64,000 bases of DNA from an uncultured cyanobacterium (GCA_963744145.1 CAVUSO010000001.1:7264001-7328000), one strand, 5' to 3'. Shown: positions 1 to 10,493, numbered from the stretch's first letter. Translations and numbers: made by a program. The notes: generated by a model not told the origin, from the letters alone.

Positions 1-789
1 GGTGGCATACTGACGACGAGATGCTAAAGCTTCTTCTCCATCTAAGTTCGGATTGCTTTCGGTACTAGCAACAATAGTAACTGTATCTCCTGGTTCTAAT
101 TGGGTGCGAAAATTGGCGATATGAAGATGGTTTTCCTGGTAATCTAAACCGCGATATTTTTCTCTAGGTAAATAAAATGCGTAATACCAATTATAGGTCG
201 GTGTTCCTTGAGCGATCGCAGAAAGTAAATAGAGGGGTTCAGCGGTGGGAAAAGCAATAAAACAAATCCCTTTTGATAAAGGAATTATACTACTTTCCCA
301 ATCTGCATCACGAGTCAGATAATGATACGGACGATAGTTGACTAAGGCTTTTATGGTTAGGTTAATTGGCGCGGATGCACGACGCAAGGTATAATGGATA
401 TAAGTGGTATTTTTGCCTTGTTCCATCCAAATTCGCTTTTCTAATAACGCATTAGCAAAAGCAAAACGCCATAGGGGAATTCCGTTTTCTAACTCAAAGC
501 TTTCAATATGATTGTAACCAGTTGGATCGATTTTGTCATTCATCCAGCAGTTACTAAATAGGGGATAGTATTGCTGATCATATTCTGCGGTTTCTTCCAA
601 TTTGGCTAACATTAGAGTTCTCCCCAAAGGAGGTTGGAGCGCAGCAAAAAGTAATCCATGATATCGACGGGTAAGTTGACCTGCGATCGTCCCCGATGCG
701 TAACTACCTAAACCATTGGTGACTAACCATTCCCGGGTTACAGATATGATTGGATCACCACAAATTTCTCGTCCAAATTCAATTTTCAT
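1..789 (-). CDS. Glycogen debranching enzyme (amylo-alpha-1,6-glucosidase), N-terminal part, runs off the window edge
   Basis: Hand translation from ATG at 789: MKIEFGREICGD...REWLVTNGLGSYASGTIAGQLTRRYHGLL, the typical GDE_N signature; not in the ORF track. Confidence 0.9.
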   Translation of the reverse strand, partial: MKIEFGREICGDPIISVTREWLVTNGLGSYASGTIAGQLTRRYHGLLFAALQPPLGRTLMLAKLEETAEYDQQYYPLFSNCWMNDKIDPTGYNHIESFELENGIPLWRFAFANALLEKRIWMEQGKNTTYIHYTLRRASAPINLTIKALVNYRPYHYLTRDADWESSIIPLSKGICFIAFPTAEPLYLLSAIAQGTPTYNWYYAFYLPREKYRGLDYQENHLHIANFRTQLEPGDTVTIVASTESNPNLDGEEALASRRQYAT

Positions 790-834
790 CACTTTTACCT
801 AAGATAGCTACCATCAATATATAACTAATTAAAA

Positions 835-1584
835 TTATTCTGTCTTCCGTAGTACCAAAATAAATTCAATCCCATTGTTTTGCATTAATTCAATTGTATA
901 GGGGGTTGATATGTATGGACGACAGCATAGCAAGAATTCTAAAAAATCTAGTTGAGTCCAGACATGAAAATGAATGCTAAAATCCATTTCCATTCTAGAT
1001 TGAATCCGTGCTTCTATATCTGGTTCTGGATATTTTTCTACTACCCGTACCCATTCTTCAAAGTGAGAACGTCTCGATAACTCTGGACCAGCTAAATAAT
1101 CCTGAATTCGATGTGCTACAGTGGTAATCGGTCGATCGCGATCAAAAGTATAGCGTTGATCGGGAACTGCCATATATAAAATTCCCTGAACTTTTAAAAC
1201 CCTTAGCCAATTTTTGATCGCAGTAATCGGATCTTGACAGTGTTCAATCATGTGGTTAGCAACCACAAAATCTAAAGAATTATCTGCAATTGAAGATAAG
1301 GTTTCCCCATCATCGATCAGATCAACATTAATTAAGGGAGCATCACCTAATTTTGGATATTGTCTTCGCAAATCAGGGACTGACATCCGATCTAAATAGC
1401 GTACTCGAACATAAGGAGGAAGTTCTAAAGGTGCGTTTAATCCACCAATTTCAATCCCATTACCCTCTAAGTAACGATTAGCTATTTCCCGACGTAGTGG
1501 GGTTTCAGTTGATACTGGTGTGGGAAAGGGAACTTGGGTTTGGTTACTCGAATTACAGTAATTAGTTTGAAGTTGATCTTGCAT
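835..1584 (-). CDS. Class I SAM-dependent methyltransferase (type 11-like)
   Basis: GIEIGG motif I; SLDFVVANHMIEH; RVLKVQGILYMAVPD. Confidence 0.8.
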   Translation of the reverse strand: MQDQLQTNYCNSSNQTQVPFPTPVSTETPLRREIANRYLEGNGIEIGGLNAPLELPPYVRVRYLDRMSVPDLRRQYPKLGDAPLINVDLIDDGETLSSIADNSLDFVVANHMIEHCQDPITAIKNWLRVLKVQGILYMAVPDQRYTFDRDRPITTVAHRIQDYLAGPELSRRSHFEEWVRVVEKYPEPDIEARIQSRMEMDFSIHFHVWTQLDFLEFLLCCRPYISTPYTIELMQNNGIEFILVLRKTE

Positions 1585-1884
1585 TAGTAATGATTAGGGG
1601 ATAATTTTTGACCATCTCCATCAAGATTATCAGAAAATGGGTTGATTTCCCCGTTTATTTATTGATTTTTACCAAATTAAAATTTTTTCACCCCCTGTGA
1701 ACCTGTAAAAACCAGATATCCTATAGTAATTTTAACATATCTGTGCCAAATTGACAGTAAATTTGGGCTAGACTAGCTAAAAAAAACTAGACTGGATAGA
1801 ATAGTTGAATGTCCGAGTCCCATTGACTCAATTAAAATCTGGCTTTCTCTTTTCTGTGTTAATCTCAACCATTACCAGGGAAAA

Positions 1885-3264
1885 ATGCTCAACCAATCAA
1901 CAATTAACCAAACCATCCAACTCCAGCGCGAGTTTTTTCATACAGGTAAAACTAAAAATATTGAGTTCCGGATCGAACAACTTCATCAACTTTACCAAAC
2001 AATTAAGTCAAATGAAGAGCGGATTTTTTCAGCGATTAAAGCTGATTTACATAAACCAATGGTGGAATGTTTTATTGCAGAAACGGGATTTTGTTTATCT
2101 GAAATTAAAAATGCCATAAAAAATATTAAAGCTTGGACAAAATCTCAAAACATTATCCCACCCCTGACCCAATTTCTCTCTTCTGCTCAAATCCAGGTTG
2201 AACCTTTAGGAGTAGTGCTAATTATTTCTCCCTGGAATTATCCTTTTCAATTAGCGATCGCACCTTTAATTGGTGCGATCGCAGCAGGTAATTGTACCAT
2301 CATCAAACCTTCAGAACTTACTCCCCATACCTCCCAAGTTTTAGCTGATCTCATTCACGAAACTTTTGCTCCAGCTTATATTACTGTTGTTCAAGGTGGA
2401 ATCGCAACCAGTCAACAACTACTTACGGAAAAATTTGATCATATCTTCTTTACTGGTAGCACCGCTATTGGTAAAATTGTGATGCAAGCAGCAGCACAAC
2501 ATTTGACACCAGTTACTTTAGAATTAGGTGGAAAGAGTCCTTGTATTGTCGATCGAGATATTCCTTTAGAAATAACAGCAAGAAGGATTGTGTGGGGTAA
2601 ATTCTTCAACGCGGGACAAAGTTGTATTGCTCCAGATTATTTATTAGTTCATCGACAAGTAAAAACAGATTTAATCGCAAGTTTGCAAAAGATTATCTTA
2701 GAATTTTATGGAGAAGATCCAGAACATAGTGCCGATTATGGCAGAATTATCAATGAAAAACAATTTGATCGGATTGTCAAATTTTTGCAAAATGGTCAAG
2801 TAATCTTTGGAGGGAAAACCAATCGATCCGAATTATATATTGCTCCTACTGCGATCGCGGGTATTTCCTGGGAAACACCAATTATGCAAGAGGAAATTTT
2901 CGGTCCGATTTTACCAATCATGGAATATGAAAATATCACTGATGCGATCGCTCAAATTAATCAGCAACCAAAACCCCTAGCTCTTTACATTTTCTCCCAA
3001 AATCCCCAAATTCAAGCCCAAGTCTTACAGGAAACTAGATCGGGAGGAGTTTGTATCAACGACACCTTATCACATTTTGTTGTATCTGATTTACCTTTTG
3101 GGGGAATTGGGACGAGCGGAATGGGTCAATATCATGGTAAAGCTAGCTTCGATACCTTTTCCCATCAACGCAGTATCTTAAACAAATCCTTTTTAGTTGA
3201 TTTAAAAGTCAGATATGCTCCCTATAAAAATCAACTAAAACTGCTCAAGTTCTTGATCGGCTAA
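1885..3264 (+). CDS. Aldehyde dehydrogenase (ALDH3-like)
   Basis: PWNYP, FTGS, TLELGGKSP, NAGQSCIAPDY, EEIFGP motifs. Confidence 0.95.
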   Translation: MLNQSTINQTIQLQREFFHTGKTKNIEFRIEQLHQLYQTIKSNEERIFSAIKADLHKPMVECFIAETGFCLSEIKNAIKNIKAWTKSQNIIPPLTQFLSSAQIQVEPLGVVLIISPWNYPFQLAIAPLIGAIAAGNCTIIKPSELTPHTSQVLADLIHETFAPAYITVVQGGIATSQQLLTEKFDHIFFTGSTAIGKIVMQAAAQHLTPVTLELGGKSPCIVDRDIPLEITARRIVWGKFFNAGQSCIAPDYLLVHRQVKTDLIASLQKIILEFYGEDPEHSADYGRIINEKQFDRIVKFLQNGQVIFGGKTNRSELYIAPTAIAGISWETPIMQEEIFGPILPIMEYENITDAIAQINQQPKPLALYIFSQNPQIQAQVLQETRSGGVCINDTLSHFVVSDLPFGGIGTSGMGQYHGKASFDTFSHQRSILNKSFLVDLKVRYAPYKNQLKLLKFLIG

Positions 3265-3319
3265 AACTAGGGGGAGTGCCGCGACGACAAGCAGAAGCCC
3301 TGCGAAAAACCAATAATCC

Positions 3320-3453
3320 GGCTCTCCCGTACTTGTGGTGGAAAATTCTGTTTTTCGGCAGAGGGAAGGGAACAGGGAGCAGGGGGAAAGCTTATGTAGT
3401 AAGCATAAGGAAATTCAATAATTTTTACTGATCACCATAAGTACGGGAGAGCC
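3320..3453. mobile_element. MITE, 134 bp, with 21-bp terminal inverted repeats
   Basis: GGCTCTCCCGTACTTGTGGTG ... CACCATAAGTACGGGAGAGCC (20/21 match); no internal ORF; no clear target duplication. Confidence 0.75.
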
Positions 3454-3582
3454 ATTCTACTGAAAGAATATCTCTGTTCTGGATGCGATCGCCATTTATC
3501 AGGGTTTCAGGGGTGTTGTCGCCAAGTTTCTTTACAAAACTTTACACCTTGTCCTATTTTGTCCGTATCCCGGCTTTACCCG

Positions 3583-4113
3583 TTAATCAGTTCCAGCCCA
3601 AGTCCAGGTAGGATTGCCATTGTTTAAGCTCTTTTTCACTACGACTAGCGGGTAATTATTAGGATCGAAGCCGCCTGCCAAATCCAAAATAAAGTAAACC
3701 TTACCTTGAACAAAGTGCATCCTGACATAATTCAGCTTTCCAGAGTAGTCTTGTCCATTAACCTTGGTCATGCCAGCAGATGCCAAGCATTTAGCATATA
3801 TCGGTTTGAGTTGACCCACCCATGTAACGCTAAAGTTATTGCTGGTAAGAATAGAGATGTTACTAGCGTAGGCACTTAGGTTAACAGAACCATCTGTGGC
3901 AAAACTGCCTTCTTGATAAGGACGAGGTTGTTCAGTGACAAGCACTTTGTCTGGACAGTTTTGTTTTTGCTGGTTTTCGCTATAAACTTTTAACTCAATC
4001 TTTTGTGATTGATTCTGTGCAAGGGCGCTCAAGTTTGTCAACAGAGGTAATAAAGCAATACTTGCGCCTAAAATCAAAGGTCTAAACGTAATCATAATTT
4101 TCAACTGACTCAA
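3583..4113 (-). CDS. Hypothetical secreted protein
   Basis: 176-aa ORF with signal-peptide-like N-terminus (ALA-Q). Confidence 0.7.
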   Translation of the reverse strand: MSQLKIMITFRPLILGASIALLPLLTNLSALAQNQSQKIELKVYSENQQKQNCPDKVLVTEQPRPYQEGSFATDGSVNLSAYASNISILTSNNFSVTWVGQLKPIYAKCLASAGMTKVNGQDYSGKLNYVRMHFVQGKVYFILDLAGGFDPNNYPLVVVKKSLNNGNPTWTWAGTD

Positions 4114-4331
4114 CTAATTCTTTTAAGGCTTGTGGGTCAAAATATCGTCTGGGTTGGTTTTGAAATATTGGAAACTTCACTATTTATTCACCTACTTTTG
4201 AACCTGGCGATCGCCCGCCAAACTCAAAAACGCAGAGCAATGCGTTGAAAGGTTGTAAAGCAGAGTTGCGATCGCTATTCTACTGGTTTGGTTATTCTAG
4301 ATGCGATCGCCACCTCACCCCGTTTAAATTT

Positions 4332-4574
4332 ATGCTGAAACCAATCTTGTCCATAGTTTTAGTCCTGGTAGCTATTACGGCAAACCTATTCTTTTTTGAT
4401 ATTGGCCAATTACAAGCCGCCCAAGATTGCCATAAGTCCTACCCAGATGTCTGTATTCCTTCGCCTCCTCCTGATTTGGATTGCAAGGACATAAGTTATC
4501 GCAATTTTAAGGTTTTACCTCCTGACCCTCACAAGTTCGATCGGGATCAGAATGGGGTTGGTTGTGAGCGGTAG
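4332..4574 (+). CDS. Small secreted Excalibur-like calcium-binding protein
   Basis: Start reassigned to ATG 4332; signal peptide then CHKSYPDVCIPSPPPDLDC...DPHKFDRDQNGVGCE. Confidence 0.8.
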   Translation: MLKPILSIVLVLVAITANLFFFDIGQLQAAQDCHKSYPDVCIPSPPPDLDCKDISYRNFKVLPPDPHKFDRDQNGVGCER

Positions 4575-4746
4575 TTTTGGGGGCGATCTCGCTATCGTCC
4601 CAGATGCCTTAAGTGTAATTTTGGTATTAATTCGTTAAATTTATCTAAAAATTTAGCTATAAAGCATACATATAGGATAAGACATGAGCTAAAATAACTC
4701 AGAATATCTGAAGTTAAAAAAATTAAACATCTAAATCAGAAACCTT

Positions 4747-6213
4747 ATGTCGGATGAAAATATTGAAAGAGCAATAGTACCTGAAATAGTTCTTATACCA
4801 TCAAGTAATACACCACCATCTCAGATTGAGACTTCTATAGGCGCATTTAGTCAGCCACTTGCAGAACTATTACAGCATATTGGTTTACCAACGGAAAATA
4901 TTCTTTCACCTATTCAAGAACGCCGAAAAGTAATTTGTGCTTTAGAAAGTACCCTAGAAATTCTTCCGATGGAAGACAGAGCTAAAGCTGATTATTTATC
5001 CAAGTTTACTGTTGCAATTGCAGTTGGTTTATTTGATGGCGCATTAGCTTTTTTATGGAATGAGACTATTAAAGCGTTAGGACGTTTAATAGTTTGTTTC
5101 GACTTGCAATATTTTTACAAAGTAGCAGAAAGTATATCTCCAAAATATAAAAACTTAAACTCAGTAGAAGACTTAGAAGCAATAACTGCACATGATCTTT
5201 TAGAAATATCTAGAAGAATTGGTTTAGTTAACGATATTAATTTTCAAAGATTGAGCCAAGTTAATTATCTTAGAAATCATGCAAGTTCTGCCCATCCTAA
5301 TGAAAACGATATTTCTGGGATTGAAATGTTATCTCTATTAGAAACTTGCCTAAAATATGCTATAATTGCTAAACCTGACCATTCTGTAATTCAAATTAAA
5401 CAACTTCTCGAAAATATTAGAAAAAATCAAATTCCTGATGAAGACTTCGCTGTTATTGGTGAGAATATTTCTAATCAACCACAAGAAAGAATAAATGATT
5501 TTCTGCTATCAATATTTGGTATTTATTGCAATCCAAGACAAGAACAACAAGTCAAAAGTAATATAGAAAAACTAATTCCTTATGTTTGGGCTAGTGCTTT
5601 AGAAGATACTAAATATCATATAGGCTCTAAATTCGGTTTGTATAGAAAAAATGGAGATATTGATAGAAAAAATGCAACTCAAAAGATTTTAGAAATAGTT
5701 GATGGTCTTCGATATCGTGATGAAGATAGCTTGGCAGCAGAGCTTATTGAAAAACTACAAAATTTAAACACTGTCCATTTTGATTTTAATAACTTTTATA
5801 ATGAATCTGTTCATGCAAAATCTATTTTAGAGTCAATTCCCAAAACTGGAATTCCGATAGCAGCAAGAAAGTTATTTGTCAAAGTTATTTGTATTTGCTC
5901 TTGTGGAAATGGGAATGGTTATAGAAATGGTATTGATGAAAATGCTTTACCTTACTACAACAAATTTATTGCAGATTTCACGGTAGACGAGATTAAAGAA
6001 TTTTTGAAGCTTTTTAATGATAACGAGTTTGTTACTGATCTAAGTAAACCTAAAGCTGATGAAAGAATGCGGACATTAGCTAAATATTTTAAACAAAAAA
6101 CAACCAATGTTCACATTAATAAAGCTTTAGATATTATTATAAATTTTCCTAAACAAATTTTGAATAAAGTTGCTAATGATTCTGATTACAAAGCGGTACT
6201 AAAATATGTATAG
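4747..6213 (+). CDS. Hypothetical 488-aa protein with a HEPN-like RxxxxxxH motif
   Basis: Long AT-rich ORF with no HIP1 site seen; LRNHASSAHPN at about 5269-5301. Confidence 0.7.
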   Translation: MSDENIERAIVPEIVLIPSSNTPPSQIETSIGAFSQPLAELLQHIGLPTENILSPIQERRKVICALESTLEILPMEDRAKADYLSKFTVAIAVGLFDGALAFLWNETIKALGRLIVCFDLQYFYKVAESISPKYKNLNSVEDLEAITAHDLLEISRRIGLVNDINFQRLSQVNYLRNHASSAHPNENDISGIEMLSLLETCLKYAIIAKPDHSVIQIKQLLENIRKNQIPDEDFAVIGENISNQPQERINDFLLSIFGIYCNPRQEQQVKSNIEKLIPYVWASALEDTKYHIGSKFGLYRKNGDIDRKNATQKILEIVDGLRYRDEDSLAAELIEKLQNLNTVHFDFNNFYNESVHAKSILESIPKTGIPIAARKLFVKVICICSCGNGNGYRNGIDENALPYYNKFIADFTVDEIKEFLKLFNDNEFVTDLSKPKADERMRTLAKYFKQKTTNVHINKALDIIINFPKQILNKVANDSDYKAVLKYV

Positions 6214-6254
6214 TTAAAAGAATTGCTATAGCTAGGCTTTAAGCCCGGTTAGTT

Positions 6255-6434
6255 GCGATCGCTATTCTCCTAGATGGTTTACCTGATAACCTAGCTTTAG
6301 TTTGGATAAAAGCGATCGCTATCTGATGGACTTGATTGGGGTTGGGCATAATCGCTATTCTCCTGATTGGGTTTGGTCTGGGGGGAGCGATCGCTATCTG
6401 ATGGCTTGAGGTTTGTCCGGATGGGGGCGATCGC
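6255..6434. repeat. HIP1-anchored alternating short repeat array
   Basis: GCGATCGC at 6255, 6312, 6387, 6427 plus a degenerate copy near 6348; tails alternate TATTCTCCT / TATCTGATGG. Confidence 0.7.
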
Positions 6435-6481
6435 ATACTCAAAACCCTTTTAGATTTTTAGCGTCTAGAATTACTAAAAAT

Positions 6482-6766
6482 TTACCAGCTATCGATCCAG
6501 TAGTCGCGAATATAGCCAATTAATAATCCCAGTGTAATAGTCATAAAACAACCATTAGCAATGATCGAGAACATATCATTAGTGGGAATTAGCTTCGTAA
6601 TTGCAAAAAACGCGATCGCTACAAACAAAGAGTATTTGCCAAAAGCTGGACTTAGGATAAAACTACTTAAGCCTGCAATGACTATTAGAACGTAGAATGT
6701 ACATTCCCAAAATACTGTAGTTGTGGTGGTTGATGCGATGTTTGATAGATTTTGAATTTCTTCCAT
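6482..6766 (-). CDS. Small hypothetical membrane protein
   Basis: 94 aa, about three hydrophobic segments, GAGG upstream of the ATG. Confidence 0.6.
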   Translation of the reverse strand: MEEIQNLSNIASTTTTTVFWECTFYVLIVIAGLSSFILSPAFGKYSLFVAIAFFAITKLIPTNDMFSIIANGCFMTITLGLLIGYIRDYWIDSW

Positions 6767-7091
6767 AAATTATAACCTCGGTTTTTGCTGATTATAGTTT
6801 ATTTCTTCGATTTCAGCAACTGTGATAGAACTACTCATAACCTTAGCAGCTAAAACTTTTAAGCTTGGTTGTCTGGTTGGTTGATTTAAAAATCAAACAT
6901 CCCTAATATTTAAAGTTCTCTAGTGTTATTTGCGATCACTTTTGGGGTACATTTATCTATGGAATCTGGAGTCAAATAAGCATTTTTAAGAAAATATGAT
7001 TAATTAAATAGAATTTATTTATATATTATTGTGGTAATAAATATGCTATCATAAGCTAAGAGAAATATTCATTTAAGCTAGAATTAGAGTA

Positions 7092-8459
7092 ATGATAAAA
7101 ATATCCAATTCAAAATTATTAAACCAAATAAAATTACCTTTACACATTGTCACTTGTCGAAGTAATTTTACTTTCATAGACTTATTTGCGGGTATTGGTG
7201 GCTTTAGAATTGCCTTAGAAAAATTAGGTGGTAAATGCTTAGGGTATTCCGAAATAGACAAAAATGCTATTCAAGTTTATCAACAAAATTTTTTAAATTA
7301 TCTAAATGCGGATGAAGTTGAATTAGGAGATATAACACTCATTAATGAACTGACCTTAGATGTAGATATTATAGTTGGTGGTGTACCTTGTCAACCTTGG
7401 TCAGTCGCAGGTAACTTAAAAGGATTTGAAGATCCTCGAGGAAAATTATGGTTTGATGTGATCAGACTAATTACTCAAAGTAAACCGAAAAGCTTTATTT
7501 TTGAAAATGTCAGTGGGTTGGCTAAACCTAAGCATAGAGAAAATCTTGAACTAATCTTAAATAACTTAGAATCAATTGGCTATTGTGTTAAATGGCAAAT
7601 AGTTAACTCTTATGATTTTGGTTTAGCTCAAAATAGAGACCGAGTTTTTATCGTTGGCATCAGAAATGATTTAGAGAATTATCAAGAATATAGATTTCCT
7701 ACTCCATTAAATATTCATCCCAAAGTGTTAGACATTCTTGATTATAGAAAAAAAATTACTACTTTTGAAAAAATTAAATTAGACCCAGAAATTTTATTTA
7801 ATGGCGCTATTCCGCCATCAAGAAATCGTTTTCAAAAAGATGATGAATTAAACGATTTTTTTACATTTTCAGATTTAAGAAATGGACATACAACTATTCA
7901 CTCATGGGACTTAATTAAAACAACTGCAAGAGAAAAGTTAATCTGTCTAACCCTACTGAAAAACAGACGTAGTAAAAAGTATGGGAATAAAGATGGAAAT
8001 CCGTTATCTTTGGAAAATTTTCAAGATAGTATTCCAGACTTAAAACTAAGTGAGTTAGAACATTTAAGAAAACTAAATATTCTCCGATTAACACCTGATC
8101 AAAAGTATGATTTTGTTAACTCTAAAAATCTGACAGGGATAAATGGTATTTATAGAATTATATTACCTAATGCTGATATTATTCCAACTATAACAGCAAC
8201 TGGCTCTAAAGATTTTATAGCTACTATATCAATTAACGCTAATAACCCTGAAAAATATAGAAATCTTTTTCTAAAAAAAATCTACAAACCTAAAAAATAT
8301 ATTCCACTCAGTGCAATTCATGCTTGCAGACTACAAGGATTTCCAGTAGATTTTGAATATCATCATAATGAAGAAATAGCTAAGGGTCATTTTGGCAATG
8401 CTGTACCTGTGCCTGTTGTTGAATATGTTACTAAAGAATTAATCAAAATTATTCTATAA
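7092..8459 (+). CDS. DNA (cytosine-5) methyltransferase, probably of the GGWCC/GGNCC group
   Basis: FAGIGG, GGVPCQPWS, ENV, QNRDRVF, RLQGFP, FGNAV motifs; specificity inferred from resemblance to HgiCII/AvaII-type enzymes and from the neighbouring gene. Confidence 0.9.
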   Translation: MIKISNSKLLNQIKLPLHIVTCRSNFTFIDLFAGIGGFRIALEKLGGKCLGYSEIDKNAIQVYQQNFLNYLNADEVELGDITLINELTLDVDIIVGGVPCQPWSVAGNLKGFEDPRGKLWFDVIRLITQSKPKSFIFENVSGLAKPKHRENLELILNNLESIGYCVKWQIVNSYDFGLAQNRDRVFIVGIRNDLENYQEYRFPTPLNIHPKVLDILDYRKKITTFEKIKLDPEILFNGAIPPSRNRFQKDDELNDFFTFSDLRNGHTTIHSWDLIKTTAREKLICLTLLKNRRSKKYGNKDGNPLSLENFQDSIPDLKLSELEHLRKLNILRLTPDQKYDFVNSKNLTGINGIYRIILPNADIIPTITATGSKDFIATISINANNPEKYRNLFLKKIYKPKKYIPLSAIHACRLQGFPVDFEYHHNEEIAKGHFGNAVPVPVVEYVTKELIKIIL

Positions 8460-8460
8460 A

Positions 8461-8841
8461 CTATGTTTTCTTATTAGGATAAAATATATTATCAAATTCT
8501 TTTGAAAAATTTTCATTTCCTAATTCAATAAAGATTAATTCTAAATCCCTAAATGTATTTTGCTGACCAGAACAAAAATCCCAAAATTCATCTTCAACCC
8601 AGATATCATTTGACAAATTTAGCGGTGAACTCGACAATTGAGTTTTATTAGACTCTTTCCAAGATTTTTGGTTATTAGGATTAAACGGAATAACCATACG
8701 AGCTTCAACATTAACCATAGGATCTTGAGCAAGTCTATAAGCATACCATTCTAAAAGCTGATTACTATAATTATTAATAGCATTTTGATTTGGCTGTGAC
8801 GTTTTAATATCAAACATATATTCTATATTATTTTTAGACAA
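8461..8841 (-). pseudogene. 5'-truncated type II restriction endonuclease, TdeIII-family-like
   Basis: FDIKTSQPN, LLEW, IPFNP, EDEFWDFCSG resemble the C-terminal half of the family; convergent with the MTase; only 26 bp separate it from the upstream gene's stop. Confidence 0.65.
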
Positions 8842-8867
8842 CGAGATTGTTAGCTAGTGCTTTACAA

Positions 8868-9920
8868 CTAATATGGCGGCAATAACCGCCGAAAACCATG
8901 ACTCAATACTACTATAAGAAAAAATATATTTCGTAACAGTAAGCTGGGAAATAGTAATTGAATTGGCTGACTTACCATATTAGTTTGAATACTTTGGCTA
9001 AGTTGTTTGGCCAAACATTCTATCCACTCAACTGACCGAGATGGTTCCAACAACCTACTCAGCCATTCTCTCGGAATTCCTTCTTTACCAACCGATGCCC
9101 CGACAATCCCACCCACCATTGCAGCAATTGAATCGGTGTCACCACCACATTGAATTGTCGCGATAATAGCTCCCTGGTAATCCTGTTGATGACTTAACCA
9201 AGCATGAATAGCCACGGGTACGGAATGATAGACATATCCAGAGACACCTTTGGAAAACCCTAGTCCTACTGCAAACTGCGGTGTAGACTCAGATTTTTTC
9301 ACACTCTCTACTGCTTGACTAATCAGTGAGATGAGTTGATTGGCATCACTACCAAGACAAGAGTTTAGTTGACTCAGAAAATCTTCACCAGATATGGTTG
9401 TAGCTTGACAAGCATTTCTGGCAGCTAACGCGATCGCAAAAGCACCATACTCAGCTTTAGGGTCGGTATGTGTAATTCTTGTAGCAATCCGAACTACCTC
9501 CCGAAGTCTATCAAGATCGCCGATAGCTACGCCTAGAATTGCTGCACGCATCGCGGGGCCATTTCCAGCAGAAAAGACACCACTTTTGTCGGGGGAAACT
9601 CCGATCCATAACTTCAGGATAGAGCGTAGAGTTGCCAAACCAATTCCTGCTGGAAAACCAAGCAGCCACCAACGAAACCGCCAAGCTAATTGACTCTGAA
9701 ACTCAACTAGATTTCTACCAGATGCAATCAACGACTGTGCAACAATGCAAGTATGTTCAGTGTCATCAGACACCATTCCAAAACCAAATAATAAACGATG
9801 TTGGTTTGGAAATCCAAGCAATTTGGAAGCGCGACGAGGGGATAAGCCTTCATAAGGAAGCCCAATTGCGTCACCTACCGCAGTTCCTAAAATTGAACCA
9901 ACGATGTGAGATTGCTCCAT
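8868..9920 (-). CDS. ADP-ribosylglycohydrolase family protein
   Basis: GTAVGDAIG, SDDT, AGNGPAMR, ITH, GGDTDS motifs. Confidence 0.93.
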   Translation of the reverse strand: MEQSHIVGSILGTAVGDAIGLPYEGLSPRRASKLLGFPNQHRLLFGFGMVSDDTEHTCIVAQSLIASGRNLVEFQSQLAWRFRWWLLGFPAGIGLATLRSILKLWIGVSPDKSGVFSAGNGPAMRAAILGVAIGDLDRLREVVRIATRITHTDPKAEYGAFAIALAARNACQATTISGEDFLSQLNSCLGSDANQLISLISQAVESVKKSESTPQFAVGLGFSKGVSGYVYHSVPVAIHAWLSHQQDYQGAIIATIQCGGDTDSIAAMVGGIVGASVGKEGIPREWLSRLLEPSRSVEWIECLAKQLSQSIQTNMVSQPIQLLFPSLLLRNIFFLIVVLSHGFRRLLPPY

Positions 9921-10095
9921 AAAACTAGACTGCCCTAAATCAACAACACCACTTTTAATTTAGTTTTTTCTGCAATCGTACAGCTATTAAAATGTTTGAA
10001 AATCTTAGAAGATATAGCCTGAATATTTCTTAATTCTGAAAGTGATCGCCCCCAATTCCCAATCAACCATCTCAATAGCAGTGGGGGAACTTTTG

Positions 10096-10367
10096 CAAAA
10101 TTTCAGACCTTGAACAGAGAATAATCCACATTTTAGATGCGATCGCCCCTAAAACTTCCAAATATCGGCCACAAGACCTAAAAAGTTGCGGGTTGAATGC
10201 GAGCCACTCCCAAACCCTCTGCATATTTGGCCACATCTAAACAACTATAGACCTACAGGATTGAAGGCGATCGCTCCCACCCACTAAACAGCGAGTCCTA
10301 CCAGAATTACAGCGACCATTGAAAAATTTCAAACCCTGAGCAGAGAATAATCCTTAAATGCGATCGC
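10096..10367. repeat. Degenerate HIP1-anchored intergenic repeats
   Basis: AAAATTTCA-ACC-TGA-CAGAGAATAATCC...ATGCGATCGC occurs twice (about 10097 and 10322); ATGCGATCGCCCC-N-AATATC-GGCCAC recurs near 12055. Confidence 0.6.
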
Positions 10368-10493
10368 ATTTAATAGGGCTGACCATCCTTATGAGTAAAG
10401 TGCCATTTCCCATCTACCATCACTGCTAGCAGATCGTCGTCAGGATAAGTGACTGCATCGCCAGGGATGCGATCGCCTATTTCTAGGTAAATA

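Noticed and set aside
6239..6442. 67-aa ORF with repeated IAIA
   Set aside because: Translation of the HIP1 array (GCGATCGC reads AIA)
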